DNA from: an uncultured Muribaculaceae bacterium
GTDB lineage: Bacteria; Bacteroidota; Bacteroidia; Bacteroidales; Muribaculaceae
NCBI GenBank assembly: GCA_910588035.1
Contig: CAJUPY010000007.1
Location: 38,381 to 102,380 of the forward strand
DNA: 64,000 nucleotides
Reading direction: 5' to 3'
Positions within the stretch are counted from its first letter, which is position 1, and every line of letters starts with the position of its first letter. The notes beneath the pieces are model-generated. The model saw only the letters and a program-made list of their open reading frames with translations. It was not told the DNA's origin and ran no database searches. This document shows positions 45,662 to 55,464 of the stretch, piece by piece. The position numbers and the translations under genes are program-made.

Positions 45662-48640
45662 TCATTTAACCACCGCGTCAGCGACATATTGGCTTCGGGT
45701 AGGCTCGGGTCCCATATACGACCGCTTCAGGCCGCCGAAGTCAAGAACTATTTTCTGAATAACCGTACCCGCATCGCCACAGATCACCTTAACCGTGTGC
45801 TTGCCCGGTTTGTCAACGTGCAGCGTGGTCTTGTTGATGCGGCAGTTCTTCAGCGCACTCTCATACCAGATCTGGGCATACTCGACTGAAGAAGTCGAGG
45901 GATTCATCACCGGACCGTCGTCAATGCAGATTCCATACTTCGTTTCTGAATTGGTCTGCTCATGGCCGGCATATCCTCTGTCCTTACTCAATGTGAATGT
46001 CGGAAGCACATAGGTGTAGACATCGACCGAACCTTGGTCAAACGTGTAGAAATCATATTCAAGACGCGGAGTCTCACGTCCGGCTGTACGCTGCGGAGCA
46101 GCCACCGGATCACCGATCTGGACCGCCAGATTCTCAAAACCCATGAACGGAACTACGGTCATCTTGATCTCTTCGTTCTCTTTTTTACGGTGGAATCCGG
46201 CAGCATCAATCGAGACATATCCGTTGTGCTCGACATACATGGTGTCGATTTCAGCCAACGACGGAGCTGACGGATTGAAGACCGACAGATGCACACGTTC
46301 TTTTTCACCGTTGTCAGAGACGATGTCAATGTGTCCCTCAATATTCTCACCTGCCGGCAGCTTGGCCCAGTCTACATCGACCATGACGCGCTCATCGTCA
46401 CCATTGCCTTTTACCCGGTCGAGCATGATCCAGCCGTCTGAGACACGGGCTGTCCATGACATCGGCTTCGAACCTTTGTTGAACACGTCGACATAACTTG
46501 GCCGGCGGAAATATGTGTTGAACACCGGAAGCATATGGTTGCCACGGCCCTTGAGACCATCTTCCTGCTCTGCCTCAACGCCGAGCGACGCTCCCTGTTC
46601 GAGATTGACATCAAAAAGCTTGGGCAATTCAAAATAGGCTGCGGCGAAACCCTGTTTCATTGTCATCATGTGATTCCACTTGCCGTCAAGAAGCGAGTTA
46701 TAGCCTTCGGTGATGATGTCAAGACTGTCGTGACATGCTTTCGCCGATTGGGCAAACATGGCGGCCGATGCACGCTGTTGCGACGCATACCGGCGGTTGC
46801 GCTGCCCGTCAAGAACCATTCGGTTCAGCAGTTCACAACCTTTGACCGGATAGTACAACGCCTGATAAAGACATGCTTTTTTCTTCTCATCTTTGGTGTC
46901 GGCGAGCAATCGGTCGACGATCGCACCGATACGGCGGTATTCCGCCACTCGTTTGTCCGCTTCACGATAATTCGTGAGTGAGAAATCGGTGTCGGTGTTG
47001 CGTTCACGACCGTGGCGGTCTGTCGCCCATTGGTAACCCCAGCCCATGAATTCAGGACGGCGTGAGAATGACAGACGATAGAATGCGTCACAGACATCAT
47101 CATATGCCTCACGGTCGGCATCGCCGAGCATCGAGCACAGCCACTCGGTTCGATAACCGGCGGCACGGTCGAAATTGAATGAATCTATGTCATAAGCCAT
47201 TGCAAGGAAGAAATCAACTGCAAACTCACACGACTTGATATCACCCGCGTTGAGCAACCACACGCGGTCGGCCGTGAGGTCGTAGGCTTTGCGCAACTCC
47301 TCAAACATGATTGTGGGTGATGCCGTGTGCATCCACAGATGATCATGGGGTTTACCCAGATATGACGCATGGTAGTAGACGCCGGAACGTCCCGAACGTT
47401 TCTGCTCCCTGACGCTGCTCAGTCGTTTCATGTAGCCATAGTTGTCATCGGGCCAGATGATAGTGACATCATCGGGCAAATCGAGACCCTGGTCATAGAC
47501 ATCGAGCACCTCCTTGTAGGGTGTGAAGGCCTGGGGAATATCATAACCCGGCTTGCCGATATTGTCAACGAGCATCTGACGCTGCGCCAGAAGTGCTTCC
47601 TGAAGCATCTTCGCACGCTCACCCATGTCGTTGCTGGCCTTCATGCCACGGTCGTGAAGACCGCGCAACGCAAGCGTGTAGACATTTTCATAGGGTGCAA
47701 GCTCTTTTGCGCGTGCGTTCAACACACTGTCGACCCCCTTGCGGTTGTCAATATAATCCCACTCGCCATATTTGTCACGGTGCCACTCGCTCGCCGTGTT
47801 CAGCAACAGAGGTTCGCAGTGAGACGACCCCATCACAATGGCATAGCGGTCGGCGATCTCACGGTTTTCGGGAATGGTGTGGAATGCCGTCGAGGCCTCA
47901 TGCATGGCCGGACAAAGGTAATTGGCCTGAAGACGAAGCAACAGCTCACAAACCTTCTCATAGGTGCGCGGACCGATATTGCCGCGCTCTTTCTCGAAGT
48001 TTTTCTTTGCCCAACGCAACAGACCCCAGTCTTCGTCGTTGATGAAGATTCCGCGATACTTCACTGAAGGTACTTTTGACACAAACTTGTCGACCTTCAG
48101 ATTGACATCGCGCCGGCTTGCGACCGGTGCGTCCATCCACCAGTACCACGGCGATACACCAATCGCTTTTGAAACAGAAAGAAGCCCATAGGCAGTGCCG
48201 CGACGGTCACAGCCAGCGATCACAAGTGCCTTGTCAACACCCTGAACAGGCTTGTCGACGAGCTGGACAAGATACTGCTCCCAACCACCCTCAAGCGGTT
48301 TGACATCAATCTTGCCCGATGCCGCCATGCGGTCGATCCAGGCATTCTTTCCTACCGTTCCTACAATCACGCAGGTTCTCTCGGGTCTGCAATCGGTGGT
48401 GCCGACAGCCGGACGTTTGCCCGTCACAGCCTCGACATCGCCGGCAAACAGTCCCGTCGCGACCTTCACGACCTCGGCATCTTGCGGGTCATAGTAGACC
48501 GCGACAGCACCGTTGTCGCGAACCAATTGAAATATGCCGGCACCTTTTCCTTTATCGCTCACCGTCACCTGGGCGTCGGCTGCGACCGAGCAGACGGCGA
48601 AAAGAGCGAACGATGTCAGTAATTTCTTTATTATTCCCAT
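45662..48640 (-). CDS. Glycoside hydrolase family 115 (alpha-glucuronidase type)
   Basis: 992 aa with a signal peptide. VKYRGIFINDEDWGLLRWA and GSSHCEPLL regions match GH115 as I know it. Confidence 0.8.
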   Translation of the reverse strand: MGIIKKLLTSFALFAVCSVAADAQVTVSDKGKGAGIFQLVRDNGAVAVYYDPQDAEVVKVATGLFAGDVEAVTGKRPAVGTTDCRPERTCVIVGTVGKNAWIDRMAASGKIDVKPLEGGWEQYLVQLVDKPVQGVDKALVIAGCDRRGTAYGLLSVSKAIGVSPWYWWMDAPVASRRDVNLKVDKFVSKVPSVKYRGIFINDEDWGLLRWAKKNFEKERGNIGPRTYEKVCELLLRLQANYLCPAMHEASTAFHTIPENREIADRYAIVMGSSHCEPLLLNTASEWHRDKYGEWDYIDNRKGVDSVLNARAKELAPYENVYTLALRGLHDRGMKASNDMGERAKMLQEALLAQRQMLVDNIGKPGYDIPQAFTPYKEVLDVYDQGLDLPDDVTIIWPDDNYGYMKRLSSVREQKRSGRSGVYYHASYLGKPHDHLWMHTASPTIMFEELRKAYDLTADRVWLLNAGDIKSCEFAVDFFLAMAYDIDSFNFDRAAGYRTEWLCSMLGDADREAYDDVCDAFYRLSFSRRPEFMGWGYQWATDRHGRERNTDTDFSLTNYREADKRVAEYRRIGAIVDRLLADTKDEKKKACLYQALYYPVKGCELLNRMVLDGQRNRRYASQQRASAAMFAQSAKACHDSLDIITEGYNSLLDGKWNHMMTMKQGFAAAYFELPKLFDVNLEQGASLGVEAEQEDGLKGRGNHMLPVFNTYFRRPSYVDVFNKGSKPMSWTARVSDGWIMLDRVKGNGDDERVMVDVDWAKLPAGENIEGHIDIVSDNGEKERVHLSVFNPSAPSLAEIDTMYVEHNGYVSIDAAGFHRKKENEEIKMTVVPFMGFENLAVQIGDPVAAPQRTAGRETPRLEYDFYTFDQGSVDVYTYVLPTFTLSKDRGYAGHEQTNSETKYGICIDDGPVMNPSTSSVEYAQIWYESALKNCRINKTTLHVDKPGKHTVKVICGDAGTVIQKIVLDFGGLKRSYMGPEPTRSQYVADAVVK

Positions 48641-48666
48641 TTTGAAGCTATTTCTGCATTTTCAAT

Positions 48667-49773
48667 TTACTTTTCCATCAAAGCAGCCACACACCATAGC
48701 ACTGGACCCTGTCCGTGATAGTCACCGGTGTTACGCGGACGGTCATAATAATACTGCTTGTCGTTTTTCTTATTGGTTCCGGCACATACGTTGCTGATCT
48801 GATTCTTCTCATTGATGTAGTCAACCAATGCCAGCCAGCCTTTTCTGGCAGCAGGACCATACTCCTTGGCATCGAGCCAACCGTTTTTAACACCATTGAT
48901 AAAAGCGTAAATGAACATTGCCGAACCCGATGTCTCGGTCCAGTAATCAGGCTCGTCAAGAAGCTGATTCCACAAGCCTTCCTTATTCTGATATTGGAGA
49001 AGGCTCTTCATCATGGTCTGATATCCCTCCATGATGCGTGCTCTGTCCTTGTGGTTTTTGGGCAGATTTTTCAGAACCTCGGTCATACCGGCCGCCATCC
49101 AGCCATTTCCGCGACCCCAGTAATAGGGAACGTCGGGAGCATGATAGAACAACCCGTTGGGACGCTGCAGCTCATCGAGATACTTCACCATTTCACGGGC
49201 GGTGCGGTCAAGATATTTCATGTCACCTGTCACCTTGTAGGCCTGGGTCTGCACGATAGGTATCATATACATGTCGTCGATCCACATGCGGGTCTGCCAT
49301 GAATAACCGTCATCAGCCCATGCTTTCTGTTCGGCGGTCGCGTCAGCAGGCACCTGCCACTGGGTGTCGGCATAGGGCATTCCGACTTCTTTATAGCGGG
49401 TATCGCCGGTCACTTCATAAAGCCACAGTGGCAGACTTCCAAACATGTTGACATCAACATGGTTCATGATCGGAAGATACTTGCTCTCTTCATTGAACAG
49501 ATGCTCGAAACGACGCTGCAACAGTGTCATCAGCGATTTGTCATCTGACAGATTGGCATAACGGATAGACCCGTTCCAATAAAAAGTCTCTGGATATCCG
49601 ATCCACTTGCCGATGTGAAGGGCATGTTTCTCGGTCACAAATCTGTAAGCCATGCGGCGTCCCACTTCCTCAGGTGTATATCCCTGCGGGAAATTTTTCA
49701 ACGCGCTTTTCTGTGCTGTCAAACATTGCAGTGACAGCATCAACATCAAGACAGTCAATAGTTTTTTTACCAT
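48667..49773 (-). CDS. GH105/GH88-type unsaturated uronyl hydrolase
   Basis: WIDDMYM motif, YYWGRGNGW. ~370 aa with a signal peptide. Confidence 0.8.
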   Translation of the reverse strand: MVKKLLTVLMLMLSLQCLTAQKSALKNFPQGYTPEEVGRRMAYRFVTEKHALHIGKWIGYPETFYWNGSIRYANLSDDKSLMTLLQRRFEHLFNEESKYLPIMNHVDVNMFGSLPLWLYEVTGDTRYKEVGMPYADTQWQVPADATAEQKAWADDGYSWQTRMWIDDMYMIPIVQTQAYKVTGDMKYLDRTAREMVKYLDELQRPNGLFYHAPDVPYYWGRGNGWMAAGMTEVLKNLPKNHKDRARIMEGYQTMMKSLLQYQNKEGLWNQLLDEPDYWTETSGSAMFIYAFINGVKNGWLDAKEYGPAARKGWLALVDYINEKNQISNVCAGTNKKNDKQYYYDRPRNTGDYHGQGPVLWCVAALMEK

Positions 49774-49801
49774 AATGATTGATTTTTTTAATATTTTGAA
49801 T

Positions 49802-52570
49802 TTATAATTTCTGATCTGTCGCTATAGCCACTGCGACCTTTGAGTCGGCACAGCCATAATAGAGATACAACTTTCCATTGAGATAGACAAGCCCCTCGGT
49901 GAACACCGTGCCGGCTTTATATTGCCCGCTCTTTTCAAAAGGAGCCTCGGGTCTGAAGAACGGTGAGTCAAGACGGTCGATCAATTTCAGCGGATCGGAA
50001 GAATCCATCAGCATCTGTCCCGCACAATATGCTCCGGCCGGATAAGATCTGTCACCGCGCCTCGGGTCATTTTTTCCATTATATATCAGAACTATGCCGT
50101 CGGCAGTGCGAACAGCGGGTGGCCCGCACTCGGTCATCTGGCTGTCGAAATAGCCGTTGCGCGGCGTTGCTATCTTCAGCAGTTCCCCGTTTTTGTCCAA
50201 CACCGGAGTCCAGTCGACAAGATTGTCAGAGGTGGCTGCGTGCACGGCATACTCGCCCCAATACATGAAATATTTCCCGTCGACCTTGTCAATCACAAGT
50301 CGGTCATTCTTCAGAGAAGTCAATATCGAAGCTGATTTCGTGGCTATCCCGGCAAAACGTCCGTCATAGGCTTTGGCAAATGCAGGCCCATGCTTGCGCC
50401 AATGCTTCAGATCACGCGACGTCGCCACCGACAACCGGGGTGTCTTGCGGTTCCACGACGTATAAAACATCACGTACAGACCATCTTCAGTAACCGCCAC
50501 ACGTGGATCCTCACACCCGCCTGTGCAATCGATATCGGTAAATTCATCTCCTCCGGGATACAGAACCGGCTTTTTATCGCGTGACATATTGACTCCGTCG
50601 CGGCTCTCGGCATAACCGATGCGTGACGTTCGCTTACCGATGCCTTGTCCTGAATTGTCTTCCGCCCGATATAATACGGCTATACGGTCTCCTTTGACGA
50701 CAGCTGCCGGATTGAACACGAAACTCTCTTCCCATTTAACTTTCTCACCTCTCATCGGGCAATCAAAAAGCGTAGGCCGCGGCTCCAACACCGGATTCTT
50801 GCCTTCGGGACGCACAAAGGGTCCCAATACCCATGTTTTTTCTTCAAGATCAGCATTCCAACCGGTCAGCTTGCCGCTCAACGCCAGTCGCTGGGCTTCG
50901 GCAAACCGGGGACTGTCTGGCGTCATGTCCTTGAAATAGACAAGCGTTGCCCCGTTGGCAATCAAACGTTCCTGAAGTTCCCTTACATCAACATTCTGAA
51001 CCGTAGTTCCGCCGTCGATTGCCAACGATGCAGCTATGCCAGCAGCTTGACCAAGTGCCATCCAACATGGCTCCATACGTAGCGTCGAAAAACCGATGTG
51101 AGAACCCGACACCGGAACCGGAAACAACAGGTTCTTGACCGTTTTCGGAACTATGACGCCGTAGGGAACCGTATAGGGAACGGTCTGATAGCTTATGAAT
51201 CCGTCGAGATGCGCTCTTCCCGGCTCCCGCTTCCGTGCCCCGTGTGAATCAAGGGCATAATGACTTGCCGTTATTGAAGTGGAATGGACCGGCGGTCGCT
51301 GGCCGTCGGCCACGGGAAGCGCGTCATTGGCAGTGAAGAAATACACTCCCTCAAATCTGCGGCCCTCTCTGACATAGACCTGACGGGGAAAATTGCCGTT
51401 GTCGGCATATTCATCTTTTGACAGCCCCCACCTCCTGACCGCCTCACGGAAATGAGACGGAAGCTCAGGGTCATTCTGCGCAAACCACAGCAGACCGAGC
51501 GTGTAGTCCTTGAGCCGCTGCGCAAACCGGTCACGCCACTCCCATGATGATGTCGGCCAAGGCCAATTCTCCTCAGGAAGGTCGGTCGAAATGAACGCAC
51601 CGTGCTGGTTGTTGGCGTCGGTCTTGCCATTGGGCAGCGAAACGACACTGCTGATCTTGCCGATGCCCCAACTGTCGCCGGGAAGACGGGTGACATTGCC
51701 GGCCGCTATGTGGCGGCGGTTAGCCTCAAGCATGCTGTCGGTGACATTGCGCATTACTCTCAACGTATTTCGACCGGTCCACACATCTTCTACCAACGAT
51801 TCATATTCTTTTCTGTCATATCGCGCCGGCTTCTCTATCTCAACCCGGTTGTCTGCTCTGTCAGTCAGACAAAGGCGGTAGTTATAGGCCTGAACGGCAT
51901 TATCGGGCTCGCCGGTCGATCCGGCAGCCGGACTGCTTTTCCAATATTCATAAGTCCGGCCTGCACCCGGCTCTCCAAATTCCTCTTTGCTTTCACGGCC
52001 TATACGGAACGGTACGCCGGCTGCTGCACCGAGATCTCCCTCGTAGGTTGCATCTACAAAGATCTTGCCTGCATAATTTTCAATCTTGCCGGTTTCCCGA
52101 TTCCGTACGTTGATGCCTTCAATGACCCCTTCCCTGACTGTCACATTCGCGGGATCGGCATCAAACTGCCGCTTTGTAAGCACACTAATTTTATCACTAT
52201 GCTCATCGAGCATATCTGCAAAAACCTTTTCCGCGACCGAAGGCTCGAAATGGAACCCGTCGCTACAATCTTTTACCTGTTGTGAATCTTCGCCATATTT
52301 ACCTATATAATATCTTTTCACTCTCTGCGTGAACTCGCGGAACAGTCCTGTCGTAGCCCCGCGGGTGGCGATATCAGTCGCCCCCAGACCATTGGCCGGA
52401 AGACCTCCCACATGAGATGTACGTTCAAGCAACACCGATGTCTTGCCTTCGCGGGCCGCAGCTACCGCCGTCATGATTCCACCCGGCGTGCCCCCGACGA
52501 TAACCACATCATAGGCTTGCACAGCTGCAACAAACATCATTGCAGTCAGAAACAAAACGATCCGCCTCAT
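49802..52570 (-). CDS. Fusion protein: N-terminal FAD-dependent oxidoreductase domain plus C-terminal GH130-like beta-propeller domain
   Basis: The N-terminus YDVVIVGGTPGGIMTAVAAAREG is a GxGxxG dinucleotide fold. From ~aa 570: FNPAAVVKGDRIAVLYRAED, IGYAESRDG, GGCEDPRVAVTEDGLYVMFYTSW and YFMYWGE, all typical of GH130 (DUF377). Confidence 0.75.
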   Translation of the reverse strand: MRRIVLFLTAMMFVAAVQAYDVVIVGGTPGGIMTAVAAAREGKTSVLLERTSHVGGLPANGLGATDIATRGATTGLFREFTQRVKRYYIGKYGEDSQQVKDCSDGFHFEPSVAEKVFADMLDEHSDKISVLTKRQFDADPANVTVREGVIEGINVRNRETGKIENYAGKIFVDATYEGDLGAAAGVPFRIGRESKEEFGEPGAGRTYEYWKSSPAAGSTGEPDNAVQAYNYRLCLTDRADNRVEIEKPARYDRKEYESLVEDVWTGRNTLRVMRNVTDSMLEANRRHIAAGNVTRLPGDSWGIGKISSVVSLPNGKTDANNQHGAFISTDLPEENWPWPTSSWEWRDRFAQRLKDYTLGLLWFAQNDPELPSHFREAVRRWGLSKDEYADNGNFPRQVYVREGRRFEGVYFFTANDALPVADGQRPPVHSTSITASHYALDSHGARKREPGRAHLDGFISYQTVPYTVPYGVIVPKTVKNLLFPVPVSGSHIGFSTLRMEPCWMALGQAAGIAASLAIDGGTTVQNVDVRELQERLIANGATLVYFKDMTPDSPRFAEAQRLALSGKLTGWNADLEEKTWVLGPFVRPEGKNPVLEPRPTLFDCPMRGEKVKWEESFVFNPAAVVKGDRIAVLYRAEDNSGQGIGKRTSRIGYAESRDGVNMSRDKKPVLYPGGDEFTDIDCTGGCEDPRVAVTEDGLYVMFYTSWNRKTPRLSVATSRDLKHWRKHGPAFAKAYDGRFAGIATKSASILTSLKNDRLVIDKVDGKYFMYWGEYAVHAATSDNLVDWTPVLDKNGELLKIATPRNGYFDSQMTECGPPAVRTADGIVLIYNGKNDPRRGDRSYPAGAYCAGQMLMDSSDPLKLIDRLDSPFFRPEAPFEKSGQYKAGTVFTEGLVYLNGKLYLYYGCADSKVAVAIATDQKL

Positions 52571-55296
52571 CTCCCGATCTTATTGCCGAGATTAAACTTC
52601 CGCTGGCCTGAATTCCAGCCCTCAAACATAACCGTCACATCTTCAGGCACATTTTCTGATGCAGTCTCGATTGTCACGACTTTATCCTCTCCCGGCATGA
52701 GGGTGAAGAAATTGTCAGTGTAATATGACGGTCTGACCGCACTGCCACCGCCGTCTTGAAGTTGCAGGCGGTTAAAGAACGCTATCGTTTTAGAGGCGTT
52801 GCGAACAGTCACATCAACAAATGTCCGGCCGTTCTCAACACGCCGTCCGCCTACTTTCACCTTGACGTTGGCCGGCTTCATCCGGCTAAGTTTCTCAAAA
52901 CCCGACACGGCAGGCCCGGTAAGTGTCTTGCTTCCCTCATAACGGTCGTTGGAACGCCAATAGAAGTTTGAGCCAACCTTCTCCCCGTTGTTGTCGGTCA
53001 ACACGAGATTGATGAAATGCACCTGCGAGATATCATCGGGAAATTCCACTTTCAGCAAATCATTCGCGACACCATCTTCCGGAACATTCACCTTCACCAT
53101 CTTTTCCCAAACCTTGCGGCTGTCGAGATCATAGACCTGGGCGACAAGTGTATGATTCTCCACCGGTCGATAGTAGTCGTTGACAACAGACACCGTATTC
53201 TTCAGATAGTCGAACTGCGGATGAACCGGCTCGAGCGAGTTGGCAGTGTGATAGAGCGAGGCCGTCGGCTCAAGAGACCAATCCCACATGCGTGACGCGA
53301 CCTGGCGAACCGGACAATTGTGATACCAGAACAACAACCCCGAGCAGAATCGGTCTCCATATCCGAGCTTGTTGTAATTCCAGACTTCCCATATGCTTTT
53401 TGAGTTCATCGCTCCGACAAGCTGGGCTTTCCGGGCGAACTCATCGATTGAAGACGATTTGCCGTAGTGGTTGACAAGGTCCGTATATGTGGTCGACATC
53501 AAGTGGAAACCATTACCGTCGAGGTAATCCCAAACCTCTTTGTTCACAGGCCACAGATCTTTCTCGTCCATCATCTCACGCAGAATCTCGACCGTGGGGA
53601 GTGTCGGCGCACCATACTCCGGATTGAATCCGTCGACACGGCTTCCGCGCGGTGATGCCGTATTTTCATAATGCTGCATCGGGTTCACCTGTTTATAAGG
53701 ACTGCCGTCATGAACCCCGTCACACTCCGACTGCATCTGATAGCCACGGGTGCCGTCAAGTCTGGCAATAAGTTCGGGAGTGCCCGAAACCTCGCTGCTC
53801 TCGTTTGACGCGACATAATAGGCCAGCGACGGATGGTTGCGCAACCGCTTGACGGTCGATTCGACGTTTGCAAGATAGTTGGCCTTGTCCGACGGATGTT
53901 TGGTGTCGCCTGTCAGCCAGAATTCCTGCCAGACAAGAATTCCGAGTTCATCACACAACTGGAAGAAATAGTCTGACTCCGCGATGCCACCGCCCCACAT
54001 TCTCAGAAGATTGATGCCAGCCTGGCGGGTATAGCGCAACTCAGCATAGGTGCGTTCGTCTGACGTACGCAACATAGCTTCAGGAATCCAGTTTGAGCCT
54101 CTGATAAACAACCGTTTGCCGTTGACATAGAAAACTCTCGACCGGTCGGGGGTGTTGCGGTCTGAGGTTATATCCCTGATTCCAAAACGAGTCGTCAGCG
54201 AATCAGACACAACTCCGTCAACATCTACCGTCATTTTCAACTCATAGAGATTCTGCGGTCCTTTGTTCAATGGCCACCACAAACGCGGATTCTTGATTAT
54301 CAGTTGCGGAAATTCATCGGCCGTGAACTCAATGACCTTATCTTCTCCACGTTGCACCTTGAGCGTTTTCTCAAAACTTATGCCCTCTCCGGCAATCTCA
54401 CCTTTCACCGTACAGTTTACCGGAGCGTAGCCGTCGGTCGCGTTCACGACCTCAACCGATATCGATTCGGTCGCGCGGTCATAACCGGGCTTGTCAAGCT
54501 CTGACTTCACAAAAGCATGGCGAAGCGCGATCTTGCCGGTCGTGTAAAGTGTGATGTCTCGCCATATGCCCGTATTTCTGTCTCTTATGCCATCCATGAA
54601 TGTGAAATCCCAGCCAACAGACATAAGCATGGTCGTGTTCAGACCGATCTCTCCGTTGCCTCCGTTGCGGAATTCTCCGGGAGCTCCCCAGCTTTTGGGT
54701 TCGGTGCTTCCGGGAGCATCGACCGGATATACTTTCACCGCCAGCACATTTCCCTTACCCTCTTTGACATAATCGGTGACATTGATGCAGTTCTGCATGA
54801 ACATCCCCTTGGGAGTGCCGACAAGATGACCGTTGACCCATATCTCCGCACGATAGTTGATTCCGTCGGCCTTGAGCCAGACAATTTTATCTCTGAACGA
54901 CTCGGGAACATCAAACTCGGTGCGGAACCAATAGGTATAGAAGTCACGGCCCGCTACCGAGATGTCAGGAATCAGGCCCGACTCTATCTTATTGTTCAGA
55001 CCATAGTAAGGCTCGGGATATTTCTTATTATAGACCAATGAATTAAGCACCGTGCCCGGCACAACCGCCTCCATCCAATCATCGGCAGAAAAATGCCCGG
55101 TCGAGATCGTCTGTCCGCCTTCGGCCAATTCGTCGGCTTTCTTCATCTGCCATTTGCTCGATCCGCCATGTAAGGCTTCAGAACTCAACCTGATCACGTC
55201 ACCGTCAGCCGATCTGTTTTCTCCTGTGGCCAGACACGTGGCCACGACACAAATCAGGCATAGAACCGAGGTCAATATACGTTGCATGTAATACAT
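52567..55296 (-). CDS. Glycoside hydrolase family 2
   Basis: 909 aa with a signal peptide. Sugar-binding/Ig/TIM-barrel order. LRMWGGG, WQEFW and ASNESS (acid/base Glu region). Confidence 0.8.
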   Translation of the reverse strand: MYYMQRILTSVLCLICVVATCLATGENRSADGDVIRLSSEALHGGSSKWQMKKADELAEGGQTISTGHFSADDWMEAVVPGTVLNSLVYNKKYPEPYYGLNNKIESGLIPDISVAGRDFYTYWFRTEFDVPESFRDKIVWLKADGINYRAEIWVNGHLVGTPKGMFMQNCINVTDYVKEGKGNVLAVKVYPVDAPGSTEPKSWGAPGEFRNGGNGEIGLNTTMLMSVGWDFTFMDGIRDRNTGIWRDITLYTTGKIALRHAFVKSELDKPGYDRATESISVEVVNATDGYAPVNCTVKGEIAGEGISFEKTLKVQRGEDKVIEFTADEFPQLIIKNPRLWWPLNKGPQNLYELKMTVDVDGVVSDSLTTRFGIRDITSDRNTPDRSRVFYVNGKRLFIRGSNWIPEAMLRTSDERTYAELRYTRQAGINLLRMWGGGIAESDYFFQLCDELGILVWQEFWLTGDTKHPSDKANYLANVESTVKRLRNHPSLAYYVASNESSEVSGTPELIARLDGTRGYQMQSECDGVHDGSPYKQVNPMQHYENTASPRGSRVDGFNPEYGAPTLPTVEILREMMDEKDLWPVNKEVWDYLDGNGFHLMSTTYTDLVNHYGKSSSIDEFARKAQLVGAMNSKSIWEVWNYNKLGYGDRFCSGLLFWYHNCPVRQVASRMWDWSLEPTASLYHTANSLEPVHPQFDYLKNTVSVVNDYYRPVENHTLVAQVYDLDSRKVWEKMVKVNVPEDGVANDLLKVEFPDDISQVHFINLVLTDNNGEKVGSNFYWRSNDRYEGSKTLTGPAVSGFEKLSRMKPANVKVKVGGRRVENGRTFVDVTVRNASKTIAFFNRLQLQDGGGSAVRPSYYTDNFFTLMPGEDKVVTIETASENVPEDVTVMFEGWNSGQRKFNLGNKIGR

Positions 55297-55464
55297 AACG
55301 ATAATGATTGAATGTTAATCTTTCAGAATAGTTTTAAGGGTTTTGTTTCTGTTGCAAAAGTAATCCATTCATCACGCACAGACCCGTCATAATGTCCCAT
55401 TAAATGAAATTTTCATCTCAAATCAAATCTCACGATGCTCCTTATCTTCTGCTTCTCAGCCATT

